Positions 17,967-28,583 of a DNA stretch of 64,000 bases are shown one piece after another. Position 1 is the stretch's first letter. The number at the start of each line of letters is the position of its first letter. The stretch is from Litoreibacter ponti. Its GTDB lineage: Bacteria; Pseudomonadota; Alphaproteobacteria; Rhodobacterales; Rhodobacteraceae. The notes under the pieces were generated by a model, which saw nothing but the letters and a program-made list of their open reading frames with translations, ran no database searches and was not told where the DNA came from. A program made the position numbers and the translations under genes. Location of the stretch: NCBI RefSeq assembly GCF_003054285.1, contig NZ_QBKS01000002.1, positions 223,207-287,206 of the forward strand, written 5' to 3'.

Positions 17967-19754
17967 ATGGCCGATAAGTCGAAGCTGAGATCGCAAAAGT
18001 GGTTCAACAACCCTGACAATCAGGAAATGACGGCGCTCTACCTGGAGCGCTACCTGAACTACGGCCTGACCCGCGAAGAGCTTCAGTCCGGCAAGCCGAT
18101 CATCGGCATCGCCCAGACCGGATCGGACCTGTCGCCCTGCAACCGGCATCATATCGAGCTGACCAAGCGGGTGCGCGACGGGGTGATCGCGGCGGGCGGC
18201 ACGGTGATCGAGATCCCCGTGCACCCGATCCAGGAGACCGGCAAGCGACCCACGGCGATGCTGGACCGCAACCTGGCCTATCTGTCGCTGGTGGAGACGC
18301 TGTTTGGCTACCCGATTGACGGCGTGGTGCTGAACATCGGCTGCGACAAGACCACCCCTGCCCTGCTGATGGCGGCGGCAACGGTGAACATTCCCGCCAT
18401 TGCGCTGAGCGTCGGGCCGATGTTGAACGGCTGGTTCAAGGGCGAGCGTACCGGCTCTGGCACCATCGTGTGGAAAGCGCGCGAGATGCAGGCGGCGGGC
18501 GAGATTGACGATGACGGGTTCATGGATCTGGTCGCCTCCTCGACCCCGTCGGTCGGCTATTGCAACACGATGGGCACGGCGACGACGATGAACTCGCTGG
18601 CCGAGGCGTTGGGGATGCAGCTGCCCGGCTCGGCCGCGATCCCGGCGCCCTACCGCGAGCGCGGCCAGATCAGCTACGAGACCGGCAAGCGCATCGTGGG
18701 CATGGTCGAAGAGGATCTGCGCCCCTCCGACATCATGACCCGCGAGGCGTTCGAGAATGCCATCGTGATCAACTCCGCCATCGGCGGGTCGACCAACGCG
18801 CCGATCCACCTCAACGGCGTGGCAAAGCACCTCGATGTGGCGCTCGGCAATGACGACTGGCAGGCGCTCGGCCATCGCGTGCCGCTACTGGTGAACCTGC
18901 AACCGGCGGGCAAGTATCTGGGCGAGGATTACCACCGCGCCGGCGGCGTGCCCGCGGTAATCGGCGAGCTGATCAAAGCCAACCTGCTGCCGCACCCGGA
19001 CGTGGTGACCGCCAATGGCAAGACGATGCGCGAGAATTGCGAAGGCATGCTGACGGGCAATTCGGATGTGATCTATTCCATCGACGCGCCGATTCTGAAG
19101 GATGCGGGCTTCATCAACCTCAAGGGCAACCTGTTCGATTCAGCAATCATGAAGACCAGCGTGATCTCCAAGGAATTTCGCGACCGGTACCTGTCGAACC
19201 CGGACGACCCCGACGCCTTCGAGGGGCGCGCGATTGTCTTCGACGGGCCGGAGGATTTCCACCACCGCATCGACGACGAAAGCCTCGGCATCGACGCGCA
19301 TTGCATCATGATCATGCGCGGCGCGGGGCCGAAGGGCTACCCGGGCGGGGCGGAGGTCGTGAACATGCGCCCGCCGTCTTACCTGCTGAAGAAGGGCATT
19401 CATGCCCTGCCCTGCGTGGGCGACGGGCGGCAGTCGGGCACATCTGGCTCGCCGTCGATCCTGAACGCCTCGCCCGAGGCCGCCGATGGGGGCGGGCTGG
19501 CGCTGGTGCAGACCGGCGACCGGGTGCGGATCGATCTTCGCAAATGCACCGCCGATATGCTGGTGGATGATGCCGAGCTGAAGGCACGGGCTGAAAAACT
19601 GGTAAACGGCTCCATTGAGGTGCCGGACAGCCAGACGCCGTGGCAAGAGATCTTCCGCCAGCTGGTGCGGCCCTTCAGCGAGGGCATGACACTCGACGGG
19701 GCGGCAAAATACCAAGACATCTCGCGCAAATACATGCCGCGCGACAATCATTAG
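17967..19754 (+). CDS. IlvD/EDD-family dehydratase (pentonate / aldonate dehydratase-like)
   Basis: 595 aa with CDKxxP-like Fe-S region ([12 protein letters not shown]) and SxGYC motif. Confidence 0.85.
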   Translation: MADKSKLRSQKWFNNPDNQEMTALYLERYLNYGLTREELQSGKPIIGIAQTGSDLSPCNRHHIELTKRVRDGVIAAGGTVIEIPVHPIQETGKRPTAMLDRNLAYLSLVETLFGYPIDGVVLNIGCDKTTPALLMAAATVNIPAIALSVGPMLNGWFKGERTGSGTIVWKAREMQAAGEIDDDGFMDLVASSTPSVGYCNTMGTATTMNSLAEALGMQLPGSAAIPAPYRERGQISYETGKRIVGMVEEDLRPSDIMTREAFENAIVINSAIGGSTNAPIHLNGVAKHLDVALGNDDWQALGHRVPLLVNLQPAGKYLGEDYHRAGGVPAVIGELIKANLLPHPDVVTANGKTMRENCEGMLTGNSDVIYSIDAPILKDAGFINLKGNLFDSAIMKTSVISKEFRDRYLSNPDDPDAFEGRAIVFDGPEDFHHRIDDESLGIDAHCIMIMRGAGPKGYPGGAEVVNMRPPSYLLKKGIHALPCVGDGRQSGTSGSPSILNASPEAADGGGLALVQTGDRVRIDLRKCTADMLVDDAELKARAEKLVNGSIEVPDSQTPWQEIFRQLVRPFSEGMTLDGAAKYQDISRKYMPRDNH

Positions 19755-19765
19755 GGAGTTTTGAC

Positions 19766-20614
19766 ATGAAACTGGTTCGCTACGGAGACAAGGGCGCGGA
19801 GAAGCCCGGCATGATCGACGCCGACGGCCAGCTGCGCGACCTCAGCGGTCATGTGGCCGATATCGACGGCGCACATCTGGGCGACGCCGTGCTGCATTCC
19901 CTGGCCGGGATCGATCCGACCCACCTGCCCGCGGTCGGGGGCAACCCGCGGCTCGGGGCCTGCGTGGGCTCGATCGGGAAGTTCCTGTGCATTGGGCTGA
20001 ACTACTCCGACCACGCCGCCGAGACCGGCGCGGATATCCCCGAGCACCCGATCCTTTTCTTCAAGGCAAACTCCGCCATCGTGGGGGCCTATGATGACGT
20101 GATCATGCCCCGCGGCTCGACCCATACCGACTGGGAGGTGGAGCTGGGCGTGGTGATCGGCAAGGAGTGCAAATACGTCTCCGAGGCCGACGCGCTGGAT
20201 TACGTGGCGGGTTACTGCGTGGTCAATGACGTCTCCGAGCGGCATTTCCAGACCCAGCTGACCGGCCAGTGGACCAAGGGCAAAAGCTGCGACACGTTCG
20301 GCCCCACGGGCCCGTGGCTGGTGACCCGCGACGAGGTGCCGGACGTGCAAAACCTCGCCATGTCTCTCGACGTCAATGGCACGCGCATGCAGACCGGGAA
20401 CACCAACACGATGATCTTCACCGTGGCGCAGATTATCGAGCATTTGTCGGGGCTTATGACATTGCATCCGGGTGATGTCATCACCACCGGCACGCCCCCG
20501 GGCGTAGGCATGGGCATGAAGCCGGAACCTGTCTACCTGAAGAGGGGCGACGTGATGGAGCTGACCATCGAAGGGCTCGGCACCCAGCGCCAGACCGTGG
20601 GAGAAGACGCATGA
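19766..20614 (+). CDS. fumarylacetoacetate hydrolase (FAH) family protein (2-keto-3-deoxy-acid dehydratase / hydratase-like)
   Basis: MKLVRYGDKGAEKPGMIDADGQLRDL start, typical of FAH/KdaD-like proteins. 282 aa. Confidence 0.8.
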   Translation: MKLVRYGDKGAEKPGMIDADGQLRDLSGHVADIDGAHLGDAVLHSLAGIDPTHLPAVGGNPRLGACVGSIGKFLCIGLNYSDHAAETGADIPEHPILFFKANSAIVGAYDDVIMPRGSTHTDWEVELGVVIGKECKYVSEADALDYVAGYCVVNDVSERHFQTQLTGQWTKGKSCDTFGPTGPWLVTRDEVPDVQNLAMSLDVNGTRMQTGNTNTMIFTVAQIIEHLSGLMTLHPGDVITTGTPPGVGMGMKPEPVYLKRGDVMELTIEGLGTQRQTVGEDA

Positions 20615-21567
20615 GCCAGCCGGAAGTCCTGCAGATCGGCGGCGCGACAGACGAGATGCGTGCCCGGCTCGACGCCGAGTTCAAGGTCCACGTGATGTCG
20701 GAGATCGACGATTTCGACGCCTGGGCGGCGGAGCACGGCGCGGGCGTGGAAGCGGTTATGACCAACGGCCATGACGGGGTGCCTGCGAAAGTGATGGAGG
20801 CGCTGCCAAACCTCAAGGTCGTCTCTGGCTACGGCGTGGGCTACGACGCGGTCGACACCGACGCCTGCGTGGCGCGCGGCATCAAGGTCTCGCACACCCC
20901 CGACGTACTGAATGGCGAGGTCGCCAACACGGCGCTGCTCTTGCTGCTCGCGGGCCTGCGCAACTTCCGCCATGACGAGGCCTGGGCGCGCTCGGGTGAT
21001 TGGGAAACAAGCGGCAATGCGCCCTTGTCCACCTCGCCCGACGGCAAGACCATCGGCATCCTGGGGCTGGGTCGCATCGGTCAGGAAATCGCCGACCGGA
21101 TGGCGATTTTCAATCCGACGATCGTCTATCACACGCGCTCGAAAAAGGACGTTCCGTACACGTATTACGGCGATCTGGTCGAAATGGCCGCCGCCTGTGA
21201 CGTGCTGATCTGTATCACGCCCGGGGGCCCGTCCACGAATAAAATCGTGAACAAACAGGTGCTTGAGGCGCTTGGCCCATCGGGCATGCTAATCAATGTC
21301 TCCCGCGGCTCGGTCGTCGATGAGGCGGCGCTGATCGAGGCCCTCGACAGCGGCAAGCTGGGCCTTGCTGGCCTCGATGTGTTCGAGAAAGAACCCCACA
21401 TCCCCGACGCGCTGAAGACGTCTGATCGGACTGTGCTGCTGCCCCATGTAGGCTCCGGCACGCATGAGACGCGGGCGGCGATGGGCAAATTGACGGTGGA
21501 CAATCTGCTTCAGTGGAAGGCCGACGGCACGGTCAAAACCCCGGTGCCGGAATGCGCGCATCTATGA
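20611..21567 (+). CDS. D-isomer-specific 2-hydroxyacid dehydrogenase (GhrA / hydroxypyruvate reductase-like)
   Basis: GxGxxG motif ([13 protein letters not shown]) with catalytic R/E/H positions. ATGA overlap with the upstream gene. Confidence 0.85.
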   Translation: MSQPEVLQIGGATDEMRARLDAEFKVHVMSEIDDFDAWAAEHGAGVEAVMTNGHDGVPAKVMEALPNLKVVSGYGVGYDAVDTDACVARGIKVSHTPDVLNGEVANTALLLLLAGLRNFRHDEAWARSGDWETSGNAPLSTSPDGKTIGILGLGRIGQEIADRMAIFNPTIVYHTRSKKDVPYTYYGDLVEMAAACDVLICITPGGPSTNKIVNKQVLEALGPSGMLINVSRGSVVDEAALIEALDSGKLGLAGLDVFEKEPHIPDALKTSDRTVLLPHVGSGTHETRAAMGKLTVDNLLQWKADGTVKTPVPECAHL

Positions 21568-22652
21568 AGATCGCGTCTGTTGAGGCGCGTTTGTTCAACG
21601 TGCCTTTGGACGAGGTTCTGGTGGACGCCAAACATGGCGACCACCACTTTTTTCAGCTGGTCTGCGCGACGGTCCGGCTGGAAAATGGCACCGAGGGCGT
21701 CGGCTACACATACACGGGCGGCAAGGGCGGCACGGCCATTCTGGCGATGATCCGGGACGATCTGGGCCCGTTCCTTGTGGGTCAAAACGCTGAAAACGTT
21801 GAAGACTTATACGATGCGATGCAATGGCACGTGCATTACGTAGCGCGCGGCGGAATCGCGTCTTTCGCGATCTCCGCGGTCGATATCGCGCTGTGGGATT
21901 TGCGGGGCAAGGCATCGGGTCAGCCTTTGTACAAGATGGCCGGCGGAGCGGCGGACAGGTGCCGGGCCTATTGTGGCGGGATCGATCTGGGGTTTGACCT
22001 GCCAAAGCTTTTGGACAGTGTGCAGGGCTACCTCGACCGCGGCTTCAACGGGGTGAAGATCAAGATCGGACGCCCCGATGATCTTGAGCGTATTCAAGCG
22101 GTTAGAAAGCTCATCGGGCCGGATATCGCATTCGCCGTGGATGCCAATTATTCGCTGGATGTTGATCAGGCGATAGCACTCGCAAAAGGCTTCGCGGAGC
22201 ACGATATCATGTGGTTCGAAGAGCCGATTATTCCCGATAATTATCAAGGTTTTGCGCAGATTGCGGACGCCACGGGCGTGCCGCTCGCCATGGGGGAGAA
22301 CCTGCACACGGTGCATGAGTTCGAATATGCCCGCGATCAGGCGAAGTTAAGTTTTGTACAACCTGACGCGTCCAATTGCGGCGGCATCACAGGCTGGCTT
22401 CAGGCGGCTGACGTCTTTGATAACACGGGCGTTTCCGTCTGCTCCCACGGGATGCAGGAGCTGCATGTCTCGCTGGTGTCAGGCCACGATCCAAAGGGCT
22501 GGATCGAGGTGCACTCCTTCCCCATCGACCGCTACACAACCCGGCCGCTGATGGTCGAGGATCACATGGCGGTGGCGCCGGACGTGCCCGGGACGGGGGT
22601 GGAATTCCGCTGGGACATGCTCGCCCCGTTCGAGCAGCGCGCGGTCGTTTAG
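21564..22652 (+). CDS. enolase-superfamily enzyme (MR/MLE family; acid-sugar dehydratase-like)
   Basis: Track ORF trimmed to [11 protein letters not shown] at 21564. KIKIG / D..E..D metal-site spacing. Confidence 0.8.
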   Translation: MKIASVEARLFNVPLDEVLVDAKHGDHHFFQLVCATVRLENGTEGVGYTYTGGKGGTAILAMIRDDLGPFLVGQNAENVEDLYDAMQWHVHYVARGGIASFAISAVDIALWDLRGKASGQPLYKMAGGAADRCRAYCGGIDLGFDLPKLLDSVQGYLDRGFNGVKIKIGRPDDLERIQAVRKLIGPDIAFAVDANYSLDVDQAIALAKGFAEHDIMWFEEPIIPDNYQGFAQIADATGVPLAMGENLHTVHEFEYARDQAKLSFVQPDASNCGGITGWLQAADVFDNTGVSVCSHGMQELHVSLVSGHDPKGWIEVHSFPIDRYTTRPLMVEDHMAVAPDVPGTGVEFRWDMLAPFEQRAVV

Positions 22653-22748
22653 ACGTCTAACGCGCTCGGGGCCCGGTTAGGTGCTGGGTCTTGGCGGGTT
22701 TTTCGCTTTCGCGGGGATCACAGTGCGTCCGTCAAGCAATAAAGAGCT

Positions 22749-23726
22749 TCAGGCAACCCCCGCCATCTTCGCCCTGAGCCGGATCAACGCCAGCACGGTG
22801 TCCACGGTGGGCGTCGGGTGGCCGGTGAGGGTGCCGAGTTCGGAGACGGCGCCGACGAGGGCCTCGATCTCCATGGGGCGGCCGGCGTCGAGGTCCTGCC
22901 ACATGGATGTGCGGTGCGCGCCGACGGCGGCGCCGCCGTCGATACGGCGGTCGACATCGATGGGGAACTTCACGCCCAGCGCCTCGGCGATGGTTTGCGC
23001 CTCGACCATCATACCGCGCGCCACGGCGCGGGTGCCGGGGTCGGTGCAGAGCACATCGAGCGTCGCGTGGGTCAGCGCGGAGATCGGGTTGAACGACAGG
23101 TTGCCCCAGAGCTTCACCCAAATCTCGTCGCGGATGCGCGGGCGCACCGGGGCCTTCAGGCCCGCGGAGGACAGCGCCTTTGACAAGGCCAGAGCGCGGT
23201 CGGATTTGGAACCGTCAGGCTCGCCCAAACTAAAGCGGTTGCCCTCGATATGCTTGATCGTGCCGGGCTCTGACACCTCGGCGGCGGGGTAGACGACGCA
23301 GCCCAGGACCCTGTCGGGGCCGAAGCCGTCCCACTGGGCGTTGCCGGGGTCGACGCTTTCCAGCCTTGTGCCCTCGTAGGGGCCGTCGAGCTTGTGGAAA
23401 TACCACCACGGCACCCCGTTTACACCGGAGACAATCGTGGTGTCGGGGCCGATGAGCGGCTGCATATGGGGCACCACGCCGGGGACCGAATGGGCCTTGA
23501 GCGTGACGATCACATAGTCCTGCGGGCCGAGATCAGCGGGGTTGTCGGAGGCGGTGACGGCGACGTTGGTTGTCTCGCCGCCCTCCTCGATCAGGGTCAG
23601 GCCCTTCTCCTGCATGGCGGCCAGGTGCGGGCCGCGGGCCACGAGGGACACATCGGCCCCGGCCTGCGCCAGTTTGACACCCATATAGCCGCCGATGGCC
23701 CCGGCGCCGAAGATACAGATTTTCAT
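22749..23726 (-). CDS. 2-dehydropantoate 2-reductase family protein (PanE/ApbA)
   Basis: MKICIFGAGAIGGYMG Rossmann motif plus ApbA C-terminal domain. 325 aa. Confidence 0.8.
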   Translation of the reverse strand: MKICIFGAGAIGGYMGVKLAQAGADVSLVARGPHLAAMQEKGLTLIEEGGETTNVAVTASDNPADLGPQDYVIVTLKAHSVPGVVPHMQPLIGPDTTIVSGVNGVPWWYFHKLDGPYEGTRLESVDPGNAQWDGFGPDRVLGCVVYPAAEVSEPGTIKHIEGNRFSLGEPDGSKSDRALALSKALSSAGLKAPVRPRIRDEIWVKLWGNLSFNPISALTHATLDVLCTDPGTRAVARGMMVEAQTIAEALGVKFPIDVDRRIDGGAAVGAHRTSMWQDLDAGRPMEIEALVGAVSELGTLTGHPTPTVDTVLALIRLRAKMAGVA

Positions 23727-23738
23727 GGTGCGTCCCCC

Positions 23739-25265
23739 TCAGGCAGGCTCGACCAGACCCAGCTTCTCGGCCATGCCGATCCGCTGCATCTTGCCAGTAG
23801 CGCCCTTCGGGATCTCGTCGAGGATCACCACTTTGCGCGGCGCCTTGAAGTCGGCCATGCGGGATTTGGCGAAGTCGCGGATGGTGGCCTCGGTCGCGTC
23901 GGAACCTTCGGTCAGGACCACGGCGGCGGCGACCTCTTCGCCCAACTTCGGGTGCGGCAGGGCGAAGGTGACGACCTGCGCCACGTCGGGGCTGTCCAAG
24001 AGCACCGCGTCGACCTCCAGCGGGGACACCTTTTCGCCGCCGCGATTGATGATCTCTTTCAGGCGGCCGGTCAGCGACAGGTAGCCCTCGGCGTCAAACG
24101 AGCCCTGATCGCCGGTGCGGAACCAGCGTTTGCCCTCGGCCTCGAAGAAGTTCTTCTCGTTGGCCTCGGGGTTGCCCTCGTAGCCGGGGGTGACATTGGG
24201 ACCGGAGATGCAGATTTCGCCGGTGCCGTCGATCAGGCGGTTCTCGACCTCGTGGGCGATGCGCACCTCTGGGCCTGCGGGCACGCCGACGGAGCCGGGC
24301 TTTTGCGCGCGGGGCGGCAGCGGGTTGGAGGCCATCTGGTGCGTCGCCTCGGTCATGCCGTAGCCCTCGATCACGGGGGCGTTGAAGGTCTCGACCAGCT
24401 TGGTGAAGACCGGCGGCGGCAGAGAGGCCGAGGACGAGCGCAGGAAGCGCAGCGGCACCTCGGCGATGGTGTCGGCGTTGCGGGACGCGCGTGACAAGAT
24501 CGCCTGATGCATTGTGGGCACGGCGGTATACCACGTGGGCTCGGCATCCGACATCCAGCTGAAGAACTTCAGCGCATCAAAGCCCGGCGCGCACCAAACC
24601 TGCCCGCCCGCCTTGAGCGTGGCGGAGACGGCGGCGATCAGCCCGTGGATATGGAAGAGCGGCATCACGTTGAGGCAGCGATCCTCGGGCGTCAGGGCGA
24701 GGCTCTCGGCGATGTTGGCCGCCGAGGCCGCGACGTTGGATTGCAAAAGCGGCACGATCTTCGGGCGCGACGTGGTGCCGGAGGTGTGCAGGATCAGTGC
24801 GACATCATCGGGTTCGGGATCGCTCGTGTCAGCGCCCTCGTCCGCCTCGAAGGTCAGGGTGAACATGCCCGCAGGGTCCGACGCGTTGGCGCTCAGGCGC
24901 AGGATCTTCAGACCCGCCGCACGCGCCGCAAGGAAGGCCGGGCCGTCATAGCCCTCGGCCAGCACGATGGCCTTGGCCTGCAGATCGCCGAGATAGAAGG
25001 CGTATTCGTCCTCGCGGTAGGCCGGGTTCAGCGGCGCGGTGGTGCAGGTCTGCGCGATGGTCACGAAGGCCGACGCCATCTCGGGGCCGTTGGGCAGCAC
25101 GATGGCCACCCGGTCGCCGCGCCCGACCCCTGCGGTGTTGAGCTGGACGCGCACGGACTGGCTGAGATCGCGCAGGGCGCCGTAATTCATCCACGGGCGA
25201 TCCGGCGCACCGATTGCGTTGGCGTCCGCGGGATGGGACGCGATGAGGGAAGCGAAAGTGGTCAT
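23739..25265 (-). CDS. AMP-dependent synthetase / ligase (acyl-CoA synthetase)
   Basis: 508 aa. AMP-binding signature TSGTTSRPK and EGYGMTE, with C-terminal GEKV / GK motif. Confidence 0.85.
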   Translation of the reverse strand: MTTFASLIASHPADANAIGAPDRPWMNYGALRDLSQSVRVQLNTAGVGRGDRVAIVLPNGPEMASAFVTIAQTCTTAPLNPAYREDEYAFYLGDLQAKAIVLAEGYDGPAFLAARAAGLKILRLSANASDPAGMFTLTFEADEGADTSDPEPDDVALILHTSGTTSRPKIVPLLQSNVAASAANIAESLALTPEDRCLNVMPLFHIHGLIAAVSATLKAGGQVWCAPGFDALKFFSWMSDAEPTWYTAVPTMHQAILSRASRNADTIAEVPLRFLRSSSASLPPPVFTKLVETFNAPVIEGYGMTEATHQMASNPLPPRAQKPGSVGVPAGPEVRIAHEVENRLIDGTGEICISGPNVTPGYEGNPEANEKNFFEAEGKRWFRTGDQGSFDAEGYLSLTGRLKEIINRGGEKVSPLEVDAVLLDSPDVAQVVTFALPHPKLGEEVAAAVVLTEGSDATEATIRDFAKSRMADFKAPRKVVILDEIPKGATGKMQRIGMAEKLGLVEPA

Positions 25266-25287
25266 GGGTCTGTCCTTCTCGTCTCGC

Positions 25288-26805
25288 TTATTCTGCCGGG
25301 GTCATGCCGCGGCGGCGCGAAGTTCTGAGGTATTTAAATAGCGGCAGCAGGAAGAAAACCAGTGCCAAGCCGATGAAAGTGGCCGAGAGCGGGCGCTCGA
25401 CGAAGGCCAGGATGTTGCCCTGCTCGCCAATCAGCGTCTGCCGGAAGCTCTTTTCCATGAGCGGGCCGAGCACCAGTGCCAGCACGAGCGGGGCCAGCGG
25501 GTAGTCCGCCTTGCGCAGCAGGTAGCCCGCCACGCCGAAGCCCGCGATCAGGTAGACGTCATGCATCTTCTGGGACGGCGCAAAGCCCCCCACGATGCAC
25601 AGCACCAGCACGACCGAGCAGAGCACGGTGAACGGCATCCGCAGCGCGTAGACAAAGAGCGGGATCAGCGCGAGGTTGATCAGCACGGCGGCCACATTGG
25701 CCGTGTAGAGCGACGAGATAAGGCCCCAGACGAAATCCGGCTGCTCGATAAACAGCATCGGGCCGGGCACGAGGCCCCACATCACCATGCCGCCCAGAAG
25801 CAGGGCGGTGGTGGGCGAACCGGGAATGCCCAGCGTCAGCATCGGCAGCAGCGAGCCGGTGGAGGCGGCGTTGTTGGCCGTCTCCGGCGCGACCACGCCT
25901 TCCATGTTGCCCTTGCCGAAGCTGTCGGGATCCTTGGAGGTGGAGCGCGCCATGCCGTAAGCCATCAGGGCCGCGGGCGTGGCGCCTGCGGCGGGCAACA
26001 TGCCCACGAAGAAGCCCAGGAACGAGCCAAGTGACATGGATTTCCACATCTTGTTGATCAGCTTCAGGCTTGCGCCCAGCTCGCGGAAGCTGAGCCGCGC
26101 GGGCGTGACCGAGGGGTTCGACTTGGACGTCTCGATCGTGTGCAGCACCTCGCCGATGCCGTAGACGCCGATGGCCAGCACCAGGAAGGAGATGCCCGAA
26201 TAAAAGCCCGGCATGTCGCCGAAGATCAGCCGCGGCTGGCCGGAGATCAGATCAAGCCCCACCGTGGACAGCGCCAGTCCCAGCGCGATCATCACTATGG
26301 TTTTCAGCACGTCGTCACCGCCCAGGCCCACAAAGGTCGTGAACGCCAGCAGCACCAGCGCGAACTCCTCCGCCGGGCCGAATTTCAGGGCCAGATCGGC
26401 CAGCGGGGCCGCGAACAGCGTGAACAGGATCACCGCGATGGTGCCCCCGATGAACGACGCCGTCGCGGCAGCAATCAGCGCCAGCCCGGCCTTGCCTTGT
26501 TGAGCCATGGGACGGCCATCAAAGGTGGTGGCCACCGCCGTAGACGCGCCGGGAATGCCAAGCAAGATCGAGCTGACGGCCCCGCCATACATCGCGCCGT
26601 AATAGATTGCGGCGAGCAAGATGATGGCAGAGGACGGGGGGACGATGAATGTCAGCGGCAGCACGATGGCCACCCCGTTGACCGAGCCCAGGCCCGGCAT
26701 CGCCCCAATGAAAAGTCCCGCGGTCACCCCGATGACCACGATGAAGATATTGAACCACGACAGCGATGTGGCAAAGCCGTCGGCGAGAAGTGCGAGGGTT
26801 TCCAT
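25288..26805 (-). CDS. tctA: tripartite tricarboxylate transporter permease TctA
   Basis: 505-aa polytopic membrane protein, TctA-like. GGGAGG ribosome-binding site. Confidence 0.9.
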   Translation of the reverse strand: METLALLADGFATSLSWFNIFIVVIGVTAGLFIGAMPGLGSVNGVAIVLPLTFIVPPSSAIILLAAIYYGAMYGGAVSSILLGIPGASTAVATTFDGRPMAQQGKAGLALIAAATASFIGGTIAVILFTLFAAPLADLALKFGPAEEFALVLLAFTTFVGLGGDDVLKTIVMIALGLALSTVGLDLISGQPRLIFGDMPGFYSGISFLVLAIGVYGIGEVLHTIETSKSNPSVTPARLSFRELGASLKLINKMWKSMSLGSFLGFFVGMLPAAGATPAALMAYGMARSTSKDPDSFGKGNMEGVVAPETANNAASTGSLLPMLTLGIPGSPTTALLLGGMVMWGLVPGPMLFIEQPDFVWGLISSLYTANVAAVLINLALIPLFVYALRMPFTVLCSVVLVLCIVGGFAPSQKMHDVYLIAGFGVAGYLLRKADYPLAPLVLALVLGPLMEKSFRQTLIGEQGNILAFVERPLSATFIGLALVFFLLPLFKYLRTSRRRGMTPAE

Positions 26806-26819
26806 GTCTCAGCCCCTCC

Positions 26820-27317
26820 CTAAAAGAATGCCGCGTAGAGCGGGAAGAACCACGGCTCCGTCCAGCCCTTGGGCAGCAGGATCTTGAGCGTGACCTCGAA
26901 AAAGAAGAACAGGAAGACCGGCGTCGTGAGGCACAGGCTCAGGGTCAGCACCCAGCCGTGGCCGCCGAACATCTTGAGATACCAGAACATGAACAGCGGC
27001 AGCGCGATGTAGGCGCCCAGGTAGGGCATGGCGACGATGCACGCGATCAGCGCGCCCGCCACCGAAGCCACCGAGGTGATGGTGGTGCGGTCAAAGAAGC
27101 GGCCGTCCTCGGACGTCATCTGATGGTCGGCCTGGAAAGAGCGGATGAAGATGCCTCCCGCGGCGAGCAGCATGATGGCCGACAGCCAGAACGGGAAGGC
27201 CCCGCCGCCGGGGCCCTCGCCCTCGACCCAGCCGATGGGCAGGACGGTGGCGTGCCACATGAAATAGATGGATAGCGCCATGATCGACGCCGCAATTGTG
27301 CGGTCTGCGGTCAGCAT
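26820..27317 (-). CDS. tctB: tripartite tricarboxylate transporter TctB family protein
   Basis: Four TM helices, about 165 aa from ATG at 27317 (GGGGGG ribosome-binding site). Track ORF extends to 27347. Confidence 0.65.
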   Translation of the reverse strand: MLTADRTIAASIMALSIYFMWHATVLPIGWVEGEGPGGGAFPFWLSAIMLLAAGGIFIRSFQADHQMTSEDGRFFDRTTITSVASVAGALIACIVAMPYLGAYIALPLFMFWYLKMFGGHGWVLTLSLCLTTPVFLFFFFEVTLKILLPKGWTEPWFFPLYAAFF

Positions 27318-27407
27318 AGCTGGCCCCCCAAGAGATAGATGAAACAAGGTCGGGCAAGGCGACGTCGCGCCTTGCCCTATCGTGTCAGAAGTCTCTCCCG
27401 AGCGTCC

Positions 27408-28391
27408 TTACGATCCGGCGTTCTCGCCCATCGAGGTCAGGATATCGCTGTGCAGGGCGCGCTCTTGCAGGAAGTAGGCCTGCAGATCATCGCCGGTCAG
27501 GAAGTCGGGCATCAGCGCCTTCTCGGACGTGTAAGTCTGCCACTCTTCCGTCTCGCTCAGCTTCTGGAACATGTCGGTGTAATAGGCCACGGCCTCTGCC
27601 GGCATGTCCTTGGGGGCCACGAAGCTGCGCTGCATGGTGTAGACCAACTCGTGGCCCAGCTCGCCCATGGTGGGGACATCGGGGAAGGCTTCGATCCGCT
27701 CGGCGGTGAAGGCCGCGATCGGACGCGACTTGCCGGCCTGGTAGAAGCCCATCTGCTCGGACGGGTTGTTCACGGTGCTGTCGATGTGACCGCCCACGAG
27801 GTTCTTGGCCACGGTGCCGCCGCCTTTGAAGGGCACGTAGGTGTGCTTGATGCCGAACTCTTTCTCCAGCATCGCGGTCACGAGGCTGTCTTCCGCGCCG
27901 GTGCCGGTGCCACCCATCTTCCAGCTTCCGCCAGCGGCCTTCACGGCGGCGACGTAGTCATCAAGCGTCTGGATGTCGCTGTCGGCATTCACCCACAGCA
28001 CGAACGTGTCGAGCGCCATGCGCGCGATCGGGGTGTATTCCTCGATATCGACGCCAATGTCGGTGCGCAGCGGCGTGGTGTAGTAGCTGTTGAGCGTCGC
28101 CATGATCGTGTGGGCGTCGCCTTCCTTGTCTTTGAGGTATCGCAGGGCCTCCGCGCCGGAGCCGCCGCCCTTGTTGATCGGCAGGACGGGCATCTGCGCG
28201 AGGTTCTCTTTCTGGATGATCGACTGGAACAGGCGCGCCAGACGGTCTGCGCCACCCCCGGTGCCGGCCATGATGACCATCTCGATGGGCTTGTTGGGCT
28301 TCCAGCCCTCGGCGGCTGCCGGGACGGCTGTGGCAAGCGCCGCGGTGGCGGCGAGCGCGATCATTGCGCGGCGGGTCAGTGAGTAAGTCAT
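27408..28391 (-). CDS. tctC: tripartite tricarboxylate transporter substrate-binding protein TctC (Bug family)
   Basis: Signal peptide MTYSLTRRAMIALAATAALATAVPAAA, Bug-family length. GGGAGGA ribosome-binding site. Confidence 0.85.
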   Translation of the reverse strand: MTYSLTRRAMIALAATAALATAVPAAAEGWKPNKPIEMVIMAGTGGGADRLARLFQSIIQKENLAQMPVLPINKGGGSGAEALRYLKDKEGDAHTIMATLNSYYTTPLRTDIGVDIEEYTPIARMALDTFVLWVNADSDIQTLDDYVAAVKAAGGSWKMGGTGTGAEDSLVTAMLEKEFGIKHTYVPFKGGGTVAKNLVGGHIDSTVNNPSEQMGFYQAGKSRPIAAFTAERIEAFPDVPTMGELGHELVYTMQRSFVAPKDMPAEAVAYYTDMFQKLSETEEWQTYTSEKALMPDFLTGDDLQAYFLQERALHSDILTSMGENAGS

Positions 28392-28550
28392 GTAAAGTCC
28401 TCCCATGGCGCTCGTTCATGCACTGGCGTCTTCAGACTGACCATTTTCCCGGCACGAGCAGTTTCGATGCGCATTTACCTACCCATACGAAATTAAATTA
28501 CACGAAAAAGCGCGTTTCTGTGTTATGTGGAAAGATAACAGATGAATAAT

Positions 28551-28570
28551 CTGTAAACTTGTAAACAAAC
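28551..28570. promoter_or_regulatory. direct repeat TGTAAAC-N2-TGTAAAC in the scfR / tctC divergent region (candidate operator)
   Basis: ctgtaaacttgtaaacaaac read directly. An AT-rich island lies between the divergent ATG codons. Confidence 0.3.
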
Positions 28571-28583
28571 TGCATACCAAGGC

